Source of the DNA: Candidatus Thorarchaeota archaeon
Lineage (GTDB): Archaea > Asgardarchaeota > Thorarchaeia > Thorarchaeales > Thorarchaeaceae
Assembly (NCBI GenBank): GCA_016933575.1
Contig: JAFGAR010000028.1
Span: 1-64,000, forward strand
Length of the DNA stretch: 64,000 bases
Direction of reading: 5' to 3'
Within the stretch, counting starts at the first letter, position 1. Every line of letters starts with the position of its first letter. This document shows, piece after piece, positions 40,547-48,147 of this stretch. Both the position numbers and the translations under genes were made by a program. The notes beneath the pieces were generated by a model that was not told where the DNA came from, ran no database searches, and worked only from the letters and a program-made list of their open reading frames with translations.

Positions 40547-40957
40547 TCACGCCCCTAGAGATTGTTTCAAGTAGTTCTGTATGTAGTACTCCCAATCTGG
40601 ATACCTCACAAGAACGTATTCTTGAAAACAGGGCCAAACTTTGTCATTCTTCGTGTATAGAAGTTTACCATCACGAACCACTCTGTACTGAAGTGTGAGA
40701 TCTGCAAGATTAAGAAGAGTAACGTCAATCTTCGGAGAATTCTCCTTATCTACGTAATCAAAGAGGGAGAGCAGATCACCAAAGATTGTCTGCAATTCCT
40801 TCTTCGGATTGCTTACTTGAACGCCAATATCAATATCACTCTGTGGATGGGTATTTCCTGTAGACATAGAACCAAAGAGAACTATGAAGTCAACTTGTTC
40901 ATCAAGTTCATTTCTTATCTGTGTGACGATATCATCTAATAGCTCGTCTTGATTCAA
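40547..40957 (-). CDS. mntA: Minimal nucleotidyltransferase antitoxin (MNT)
   Basis: LFGS.STG..HPQSDIDIG, IDVTLLN; directly upstream of HEPN. Confidence 0.85.
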   Translation of the reverse strand: MNQDELLDDIVTQIRNELDEQVDFIVLFGSMSTGNTHPQSDIDIGVQVSNPKKELQTIFGDLLSLFDYVDKENSPKIDVTLLNLADLTLQYRVVRDGKLLYTKNDKVWPCFQEYVLVRYPDWEYYIQNYLKQSLGA

Positions 40958-41039
40958 AGAGTCACGTTCCTTAGCATTTCATATACAGTAATTGAAATAT
41001 TCTCGCTGCATATAAACTCGAAGGTAATTTGCTTGCTGA

Positions 41040-41083
41040 GAAAAGAAAAGGGAGGGAAGGAGAGTGACAAGCACACCCGAGCA
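41040..41083 (-). repeat. Inter-gene motif copy B
   Basis: Plus AAAAGAAAAGGGAGGGAAGGAGAGTGACAAGCACACCCGAGCA. Confidence 0.75.
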
Positions 41084-41089
41084 ATGTTG

Positions 41090-41659
41090 TCAGACCCGGT
41101 CTATCAATTTCTTTGACTCAGAATCTTTCAGAAATTGCTCAAGTTTATCGAGAATACCTAGCATTTCACATGTGGAGCGTATATACTCAAAATCGAAACT
41201 TTCTGAATTTCTATTTAAAATGCCAAGAGCATCTCTAAGATCTTGCTCTCCTTGAAATAGGATTTTATTAACATAAGTGTCTTCAATAGAACCAATCCTA
41301 ATAGATGTGCCAAATAGATTGACATCGATAGCTCTTTCAAGTGTCATCTTATCAAAAGCTGAATTTACACCTTGTATGTCAAGTCTAAGTAACGTATCCT
41401 TGAAGAAAATAGTACTATGAGATTTCTCTGCGAAAGCTGCTCTGATATCGGTTGCAGAGGATGAAAACCCTCTTGAATTCAGAAATTGTGTGAATGTTGA
41501 AATTTGTTCATCTTCTATTTGCAATATAATGTCAATATCTACGGTAGTTCGAGGGACACCATGGTACATTACTGCTACTCCACCAACGATAACATACTCT
41601 ATCTTATTCTTATTGAGAAATTCACATACTAATTTGAGAATCTCTGGAAATTCTTCCAT
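41090..41659 (-). CDS. Nucleotidyltransferase (AbiEii/DUF6036-like), putative TA component
   Basis: YVIVGGVAV.YHG.PR.T.DID, ED...K....QD..D. Confidence 0.75.
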   Translation of the reverse strand: MEEFPEILKLVCEFLNKNKIEYVIVGGVAVMYHGVPRTTVDIDIILQIEDEQISTFTQFLNSRGFSSSATDIRAAFAEKSHSTIFFKDTLLRLDIQGVNSAFDKMTLERAIDVNLFGTSIRIGSIEDTYVNKILFQGEQDLRDALGILNRNSESFDFEYIRSTCEMLGILDKLEQFLKDSESKKLIDRV

Positions 41660-41812
41660 CTATCTATCACCTGCTATTCGTAGAGCTAACGCAGACAATT
41701 TCAGGCCCATAATTAGTGTTTCAAGACCGGTATATTTTCTAGCTTCGATTGCTGTTCTTATCTGATCGAGGTCTCTCCTGTGCTTCACTTGATCTGCAAT
41801 CGAGCTAGCCAT
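41660..41812 (-). CDS. 50-aa protein abutting the nucleotidyltransferase gene (putative TA partner); missed by ORF track
   Basis: MASSIADQVKHRRDLDQIRTAIEARKYTGLETLIMGLKLSALALRIAGDR*; TAG directly precedes the next ATG. Confidence 0.65.
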   Translation of the reverse strand: MASSIADQVKHRRDLDQIRTAIEARKYTGLETLIMGLKLSALALRIAGDR

Positions 41813-41870
41813 ATCATTCCCACACACCACTAGTAACTACTCTACTCATATATTCTACTATTCATAATTT

Positions 41871-41909
41871 GAAAAGAAAAGGGAGAGAAGGAGTGCGACC
41901 AGCGCACCC
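41871..41909 (-). terminator. vhuU terminator / inter-gene motif copy A
   Basis: Minus GTGCG-CTGGT-CGCAC-TCCTTCTCTCCCTTTTCTTTTC. Confidence 0.7.
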
Positions 41910-41910
41910 T

Positions 41911-41965
41911 TGCGGGGTGTGTCAAGCCCGGCTCAGTTCTTTACGCCGGACCTTCATCCGCCGCC
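41911..41965 (-). promoter_or_regulatory. Eukaryote-type SECIS element overlapping vhuU stop codon
   Basis: RNA GGCGGCGG-AUGA-AGGUCCGGC-GUAAAGAACUGA-GCCGGGCUU-GA-CACACCCCGC: AUGA/GA core, 9-bp helix II, AAA 11 nt after core. Confidence 0.85.
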
Positions 41966-42106
41966 AGTCACGAGCTCCTTCCGGACTATCTCGCGGCCAT
42001 CCTCATCGACAACGACAAGGTGTGCGCCGCATGATAGTCAGCAGTCATAGCACCGAACCACCATTTCCAGGAGGTTCAGTAACCCTTCAGGGATTTCTTC
42101 TGACAT
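41954..42106 (-). CDS. vhuU: Selenoprotein VhuU, split C-terminal Ni-binding peptide of group 3c [NiFeSe] hydrogenase (Sec23 at TGA 42038-42040); missed by ORF track
   Basis: MSEEIPEGLLNLLEMVVRCYDCULSCGAHLVVVDEDGREIVRKELVTGGG*; supplies the L2 motif missing from upstream mvhA; SECIS follows. Confidence 0.92.
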
Positions 42107-42130
42107 TGTAGTTCACGTTTCCTTTTTGTT

Positions 42131-42138
42131 CTTTATAA
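42131..42138 (-). promoter_or_regulatory. TATA box of internal vhuU promoter
   Basis: Minus TTATAAAG ending 24 nt before the vhuU ATG. Confidence 0.6.
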
Positions 42139-42158
42139 CTCTGAGGTATGGTTGTTTT

Positions 42159-43475
42159 CTATGTCTTGACCATAGGGTCGGGGAGTTTCAGGCTCTCATG
42201 GGCCTTGTCCTCGAAGATCTGCTTCGCTGCTACCATCAGGCTCTTCTCAATACCAGCGATGTTATTATTTGTCGCCACAATGAGATTTGCCTTCACTAGC
42301 ATTCCCTTATCATCGCTGACGTAGTTGTGCAAGAGAGTCCCTCGTGGAGCCTCTACAACGCCAACGCCTTCGCCAGCCTTGGTTTCGACATCAGCAAGTT
42401 TTACATCGGTGCTTACAATTTCTGGATCTTCAAGAAGAGTCTTGATCCACTCTGCAGCCTGTACCATCTCGACAACCCTAGCATAATGATAAGCAAACAC
42501 ATGATGAGATGGACGACCAATCAGATCACGCATTTCTTTTAGTGCGTCATTTGCAAGTGGAGTAGCCATCTTATCTACTACATTGCATCGAGCAAGAGTG
42601 TTGGTTCTCCAGATACCCTCAGGATATCCTGCGGGTTTGTAGTAGATGTGAGTTGCATAGCTATGCTTCGGGACATGTTCTCCATAATACTCCGTGTAGT
42701 CCTTTGGCTCGAAATCAGCGACAATCTTTCCATCAGGGTCCATAACGCGTATCTTGCCATCATAGATGTCGAGAGCACCTTTGTTATGTAGTCCAATGTA
42801 GTAAGTAGGTGTTACTCCAACTTTTGTTATTACATCAAGATATGCATTAACGACAGTCTTCGCAAGATCCACTGTCTTGTTGATATTCTCCATCAACTCA
42901 GGTACACGACCAAGCCAGTGGTCACGATCTTCCTCGGTCATGGGAGTGAGCTGCCCACCGGGAATTGCTGTGGTTGGATGGATTGCCTTTGCACCGACAG
43001 TCTTGATAATCTCTTGACCAAACTCCATGAGTTTGATAGCCTGCACGGCAACATCTGGAAGATGTTTCAGGACCGCAGCCACATTCCTGACTGCAGGATT
43101 GGCAAATGGGCCAAACACAAAGTCAGGAGCAGCAAGAGCATAGAAGTGGATAGCATGACTTGAGAGCTGCTTTGCCTCAATCATGAGTCTTCTTATCTTT
43201 ACTGCTGCTGGTGGAGGAGTAATATCCCAAGCAGCTTCAACAGCCTTTACTGAGGCAAGATGGTGAGGAATTGGACAGATTCCACAGATTCTCGGAGCGA
43301 TTCGAATAGCCTCCTCCATTGGGCGGCCCTCCAGGAACTTCTCAAAGAATCGAGTAGAGTTTACATTGAATTGTACATCCTTGACCTTTCCATCCTTTCC
43401 TAGTTTCAGCGTGAGTGAACCATGTCCTTCAAGCCTTGTCACTGGGTCGATTCTAATTGTCTTCTCGTCAGTCAT
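42159..43475 (-). CDS. mvhA: F420-non-reducing hydrogenase large subunit lacking the L2 motif (VhuA type)
   Basis: PVTRLEGH, RICGICPIPHH, EAPRGTL.H.Y, N.IVAT..N; no DPCxxC. Confidence 0.95.
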   Translation of the reverse strand: MTDEKTIRIDPVTRLEGHGSLTLKLGKDGKVKDVQFNVNSTRFFEKFLEGRPMEEAIRIAPRICGICPIPHHLASVKAVEAAWDITPPPAAVKIRRLMIEAKQLSSHAIHFYALAAPDFVFGPFANPAVRNVAAVLKHLPDVAVQAIKLMEFGQEIIKTVGAKAIHPTTAIPGGQLTPMTEEDRDHWLGRVPELMENINKTVDLAKTVVNAYLDVITKVGVTPTYYIGLHNKGALDIYDGKIRVMDPDGKIVADFEPKDYTEYYGEHVPKHSYATHIYYKPAGYPEGIWRTNTLARCNVVDKMATPLANDALKEMRDLIGRPSHHVFAYHYARVVEMVQAAEWIKTLLEDPEIVSTDVKLADVETKAGEGVGVVEAPRGTLLHNYVSDDKGMLVKANLIVATNNNIAGIEKSLMVAAKQIFEDKAHESLKLPDPMVKT

Positions 43476-44395
43476 TTCTTCTTGACCTCCTCACGCTTGA
43501 TTCTAATGGAACCGAGGTGGCTAGTTGCATATGTGAACCTGTTGAAGAGACCTAAGGGATCTTTCACTTGTTCTTTAATCTCTTCAGGAGGAATCGGAGC
43601 ATAGGTACCTAACATAGACATAGCATTCGCTCCGAAATCTTGCATAATCGGCGGTGGAGGACCAAAGCATCCACGACAGGTCGCGCCTTTGTTCACACAT
43701 TGACCCTCACAGAGACCCCAGGTAGCTGAACCAAGACAGATGTAACCCTGTTCGAGCAGACACCGGTCCTTGTCAGCGATACCTTGGTATGGCCTGAGTA
43801 TCTTGTCAATGGGTGTGTCCTTCTTCTCTCGCGCACAGTAATGACAGACAGTATGCGGCTCGAGCTCGATTGGCTCGCCTTTTAACAGAGCTGTCACAGC
43901 TGTGAGTATGAGCTTGGATGTCGGGGGACAACCAGGGAGAAAGATCTCAAAGTCGACATAGTCAGTATTGGGTTTGACAACTGGAGCAATTGCAGGTAAG
44001 TTCTCTGATGGAACTTCACCACCTGACACGGTCTTGTTTTCTCGGAACTTGACATCAAGACATTCTTCAATATCTGAGAAGTTGGCTAATCCTGGTATTC
44101 CACCGAAGCATGAACAAGAACCAAATGCAATAAGGGTCTGACACTTCTCACGCATGACCTTGAGCAGATGGATATCCTCCTCTGTCCTAGCCATGCCTTC
44201 GTAGAGACCCACTGCTATGGACTTGTCCGGGTAATTCTCTAGGTCGTGAAGCTTGTAGTCAACAACGCACTGCCAGTACTTGATATCAAGTTGTGGCAGA
44301 ACGGTTGCCAGATTCATGTGAATATCAACAAGGCTCTGGAAACAGCCCCAACAAGAACTACCCTGACCCATTGCTATTGAAACAGGATCTGCCAG
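43472..44395 (-). CDS. mvhG: Hydrogenase small subunit MvhG/VhuG; probable CTG start at 44395
   Basis: CWGC, FGSCSCFGGIPGL, LPGCPP, VC..C.R, CLL.QG.IC.G, C..C....CRGCFG. Confidence 0.92.
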   Translation of the reverse strand: MADPVSIAMGQGSSCWGCFQSLVDIHMNLATVLPQLDIKYWQCVVDYKLHDLENYPDKSIAVGLYEGMARTEEDIHLLKVMREKCQTLIAFGSCSCFGGIPGLANFSDIEECLDVKFRENKTVSGGEVPSENLPAIAPVVKPNTDYVDFEIFLPGCPPTSKLILTAVTALLKGEPIELEPHTVCHYCAREKKDTPIDKILRPYQGIADKDRCLLEQGYICLGSATWGLCEGQCVNKGATCRGCFGPPPPIMQDFGANAMSMLGTYAPIPPEEIKEQVKDPLGLFNRFTYATSHLGSIRIKREEVKKK

Positions 44396-44398
44396 CCT

Positions 44399-44635
44399 TT
44401 AGACCTCCTTCAGTACATAGGTCAGTTCTTCGCCCTCTTCGCTCGCAACCTCAACAACTCCCCAGCGGAGCATACCCATGAGATTCCAGACCACGAGACT
44501 CTTGTCGAATCCAGTGCCCTCTGCAATCTTAGATACCGTTGAGGGACCAGCCTTCAAGATGTCTTCAATTGCCTTGCGTTGCTTTCGGACGTCTCCACGC
44601 TTCTGACTGAAGAAGGTTGTAAACATCTTACTCAT
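44399..44635 (-). CDS. Small winged-helix protein within the hdr-mvh operon
   Basis: I..ILK.GP.TVSKIAE.TG......WNL..M...G.V; ATGA overlap with mvhD stop. Confidence 0.7.
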   Translation of the reverse strand: MSKMFTTFFSQKRGDVRKQRKAIEDILKAGPSTVSKIAEGTGFDKSLVVWNLMGMLRWGVVEVASEEGEELTYVLKEV

Positions 44636-45078
44636 TTCCATTCACTCCTTATTGGACCTAGTTTTCTTACTTGTTCTGTGATTGTCCTTACGCCATCAGC
44701 GAAGATTTGTGCCTCAGAGGCTGAAGCCCATTGTAGGCGCACCCTTCGAGGGTCAACGCCTGCTTGCTCAATCGCTGTCTCCATTAATGCCCATCGCGCG
44801 CGAGCCTTGAGGTTTCCGGAAGTATAATGACAGTCTCCGGGATGACATCCTGACACAAGAACGCCGTCAGCGCCCATGTCAAGAGCAGCGAGGACAAACT
44901 CAGGGGTGAGTCGTCCGGTGCAATTCACTCGCAGGATTCTCGCGTTTGGTGGGTACTGTATTCGACTTGTACCAGCCAAGTCCGCCCCGGCATAACTGCA
45001 CCAATTACAGCAGTAAGCTACGATACGGGGCTCCCACTCTTCGTTAGTCTTGGTAGTCTCGGTCATTGCAGCTGTCAT
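44632..45078 (-). CDS. mvhD: MvhD 2Fe-2S subunit
   Basis: CCNWCSYAGAD, RVNCTG, GCHPGDCHY. Confidence 0.95.
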   Translation of the reverse strand: MTAAMTETTKTNEEWEPRIVAYCCNWCSYAGADLAGTSRIQYPPNARILRVNCTGRLTPEFVLAALDMGADGVLVSGCHPGDCHYTSGNLKARARWALMETAIEQAGVDPRRVRLQWASASEAQIFADGVRTITEQVRKLGPIRSEWK

Positions 45079-46832
45079 ACTGGACCACCTCCATCAGACT
45101 GGGGTGCAGGGCATAGATATGCCTCGACCATGGATAGAATCTGATCGTCTGTACTGTGATACATGATTATTGCACTGCTCGGGCATGCAGCAGCACAGGT
45201 CCCACAGCCCTTACATTTGGCTTCCGTGACAAAGGCTATGGGTGGATCCTGTTCCTCATCCATGGCAATTGCACCATAGGGACACGCAGTGACACAGGTG
45301 TGACAAGACGAACAGAGTTCAGGTATCACATGAGAGACCGTTGACTCAATCTCCACTTCACCTCGTGCCATCAGACCAACAGCCTTTGCAGCAGCGCCAC
45401 TGGCATCAATGACCGCTTCAGACGCATTCTTTGCAGCTTGAGCGGCGCCAGCAATCATCACACCAGCGGTGTGTGTTGTCAACGGAGCAAGTTTGATGTG
45501 CTCAGGATTGAAGAATCCATCACCACTCCTAGTGAGACTGAACATCTTGGCGGTCTCGGCAATATCCTCAGGAGGAATCATAGCTGATGCCAAGACGAGA
45601 AGATCTGGATGGAACTCGAGTTCTGTTGCACCCAAGACATCGAACCATCTGATTCGTATGTCTCCATCTTTTGAAACCTCAACATTGGGATGTGCATCTG
45701 TTGGGAATTTACTATAGATGACATGCTTCTGCCTAGCAAGGCGTTGGAACTCCTCATGGCCCTTTCCATAGGTTCTGATGTCCTGATAGAGAATGAGAGC
45801 TTCATCAACTCGGTCACGAAGGTCTGCTGCAGCTTTTGCTGTGGCAGAACAACAGTGGCGAGAACAATGCTCATGTCCTATCTTTCCAGGTTCTCGGGAA
45901 CCAACGCAACCAATGAAGACAATCTTCTTCACAGGCGAACCATCACTGGGTTTCTTCAACATCTCAGAGGGAGCCATCTCCTGGAGTTCGGCAAGAGTGA
46001 TGATATTCGGAGAGTTCTCGTAGTTATAGTACCCCACAGGTTTGAATGCCTCAAAACCAGTGGCGACTATAACTGTACCAATATCATGCTTGTATTCTTT
46101 TCCTGAGGCCAAGTTTTTGATTGTCACTTCGAAATTGCCAATATATCCATCGAACTCGGATACCTTGCATCCAGTGTAAATCTTGATACGTTTGTGTTTG
46201 CGTACTGCATCTATTAGTGGACCAATGACTTGACCACCTGATTCATCTGAGGGGAAGAGATGTGTCCACTTGGCAACATTTCCACCCAGCTGGGTGTCTT
46301 TCTCTATGAGGACTACCTCGAAACCACGTTCTGCAATATCCAGAGATGCGCGAAGTCCAGCGATACCTCCACCAACGACCATGGTCCGTGGAATGACTTT
46401 CACCGACTTGATTGGTAGACTCTCCAACTTCGCAGCACGAGCCACAGACATCCGAACAAGGTCCTTTGCCTTTTCAGTAGCCTTCACAGGTTCGCGAGTA
46501 TGACACCAACTCACATGTTCTCGCAGGTTCACCTGGTCGAACAGGTATCTGTTGACATTAGCCTCCTCGACTACTCGTCGGAAGGTAGGTTCATGCATAC
46601 GAGGAGAACAACTAGCAACAACGACTCTGTTGAGATTGAACTCCTTGATCTTCTCTTTGATGAGGGTCTGTCCTGCATCAGAACACATGAACATCTCGTC
46701 TGTGGAAAAGACTACATGTGGTAAGCTCTTTGCCATCTTTGCTACTGCTACCACATCAACTGCACCAGCAATATTGTGTCCACAGTGGCAGACAAATACG
46801 CCGATGCGTGGTTCTTCTTTTGTATCTGACAT
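45075..46832 (-). CDS. hdrA: HdrA variant with N-terminal domain, FAD domain and C-terminal ferredoxin, lacking the inserted ferredoxin
   Basis: RIGVFVCHCG.NIAG, ASCSPRMHEPTF, GGGIAG, CVGSR..CSRHCC, CSSCHTCVTACP, CKGCGTCAAACP. Confidence 0.9.
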   Translation of the reverse strand: MSDTKEEPRIGVFVCHCGHNIAGAVDVVAVAKMAKSLPHVVFSTDEMFMCSDAGQTLIKEKIKEFNLNRVVVASCSPRMHEPTFRRVVEEANVNRYLFDQVNLREHVSWCHTREPVKATEKAKDLVRMSVARAAKLESLPIKSVKVIPRTMVVGGGIAGLRASLDIAERGFEVVLIEKDTQLGGNVAKWTHLFPSDESGGQVIGPLIDAVRKHKRIKIYTGCKVSEFDGYIGNFEVTIKNLASGKEYKHDIGTVIVATGFEAFKPVGYYNYENSPNIITLAELQEMAPSEMLKKPSDGSPVKKIVFIGCVGSREPGKIGHEHCSRHCCSATAKAAADLRDRVDEALILYQDIRTYGKGHEEFQRLARQKHVIYSKFPTDAHPNVEVSKDGDIRIRWFDVLGATELEFHPDLLVLASAMIPPEDIAETAKMFSLTRSGDGFFNPEHIKLAPLTTHTAGVMIAGAAQAAKNASEAVIDASGAAAKAVGLMARGEVEIESTVSHVIPELCSSCHTCVTACPYGAIAMDEEQDPPIAFVTEAKCKGCGTCAAACPSSAIIMYHSTDDQILSMVEAYLCPAPQSDGGGPV

Positions 46833-46835
46833 TAT

Positions 46836-48137
46836 CTAAGATTCTCCTTTGCTAAGGACAATGGTAGCCTTCATTGCAGCCGCACTCCCTGCACTTACAG
46901 AATCAGGAATGTCTTTGGGACCATCTGCACAACCACACACGAATACACCGGGTGTCTTTGTCACAGTAGGACCAAAGAATGAGTGGTCTATCTTGATGTA
47001 ACCATCGTCAGTCTGTTCGATTCCCATCTTTGTAGCCATGGTGTCCATTCCTTGAGATGGAATCACACCAGGACTGATTACAATAAGATCGTGTTCGATT
47101 AGACGGACTTTTGTACTTTCAGTATCCTCGACCTTGATTACGAGGTTACCAGTATTCTTGCCCTCCATCACTTCAGCAACACGACCTCTGATGAACTTCA
47201 CGCCAAATCGTCTCTTGGCCATTTCATAAAATTCTTCGAAGCCTTTACCAAATGCACGAATGTCTGCATAATAGACCCAGACATCAGATTTTGGATCATG
47301 TTCGAGTGCCATGACAGCATTCTTGATCGAGTACATACAACATACTCGACTACAATATGGAACTCCTTTTTGGACATCACGAGCGCCAACACATTGTATG
47401 AATCCAATGCTCTTTGGTTTCTTGCCATCACTCAGTCGTACAAGGTGACCATGAGTAGGGCCAGCAGCATTGATTAGCCGCTCGAACTCCATTGCATGGA
47501 TCACATTCTGATAATGACCATATCCTAATCGTGGATATTGACTCACGTCAAAGAGTTCGAATCCTGTAGCAACTATAATCGCACCAACATGGATATTGAT
47601 TGTCTTATCTTTCATATCCATATCGATAGCCTTGCGTTCACATACCTTTACACATCTTCCACAGTCAATACAGTTCTCCTTATCGACCGTGAAAACATTA
47701 GGAGTAGCCTGTGGAAAACCCACGTAGATCGCCTTTCTGAAACCGATATTCATGTCAAACTCATTGGGAACTTCGACTGGGCATTCTGCTGCACAATCAC
47801 CGCACCCAGAACAGAGGTCTTCTCGGACATATCGAGCCTTTCTTCTTATGCGAACATGAAAATCACCAGCAACGCCAGTAACGCTACCAACCTCCGAATA
47901 GGTCAGAAGCTCTATGTGCGGGTGATGCGAGACCTCACTAAGTTTTGGCGTCAGTATACAAGCACTGCAATCCAGTGTTGGAAAGGTCTTATCTATCTGA
48001 GCCATCCGGCCTCCGATTGAAGGGGTTCTTTCTACTAGATATACTTTGAATCCCTGGTTAGCAATATCTAAGGCGGCCTGCATTCCTGCAACTCCTCCGC
48101 CAATGACCAATGCTGCATTGGGCTTCTTTTCTGTCAT
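46836..48137 (-). CDS. hdrA: HdrA variant with FAD domain and inserted ferredoxin, lacking N-terminal and C-terminal ferredoxin domains
   Basis: GGGVAG, DKTFPTLDCSACIL, CSGCGDCAAECP, CVGARD..CSRVCCMY, GPKDIPDSV. Confidence 0.9.
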   Translation of the reverse strand: MTEKKPNAALVIGGGVAGMQAALDIANQGFKVYLVERTPSIGGRMAQIDKTFPTLDCSACILTPKLSEVSHHPHIELLTYSEVGSVTGVAGDFHVRIRRKARYVREDLCSGCGDCAAECPVEVPNEFDMNIGFRKAIYVGFPQATPNVFTVDKENCIDCGRCVKVCERKAIDMDMKDKTINIHVGAIIVATGFELFDVSQYPRLGYGHYQNVIHAMEFERLINAAGPTHGHLVRLSDGKKPKSIGFIQCVGARDVQKGVPYCSRVCCMYSIKNAVMALEHDPKSDVWVYYADIRAFGKGFEEFYEMAKRRFGVKFIRGRVAEVMEGKNTGNLVIKVEDTESTKVRLIEHDLIVISPGVIPSQGMDTMATKMGIEQTDDGYIKIDHSFFGPTVTKTPGVFVCGCADGPKDIPDSVSAGSAAAMKATIVLSKGES

Positions 48138-48147
48138 TTCAATTCGC

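Noticed and set aside
29877-41909. CRISPR array or canonical integron attC sites
   Set aside because: Spacing is 0.6-5 kb with whole genes between copies; no RYYYAAC/GTTRRRY boxes; no cas or intI gene in the window
41869-42111. Plus-strand 80-aa ORF from the track
   Set aside because: Antisense shadow of vhuU/SECIS with no motif
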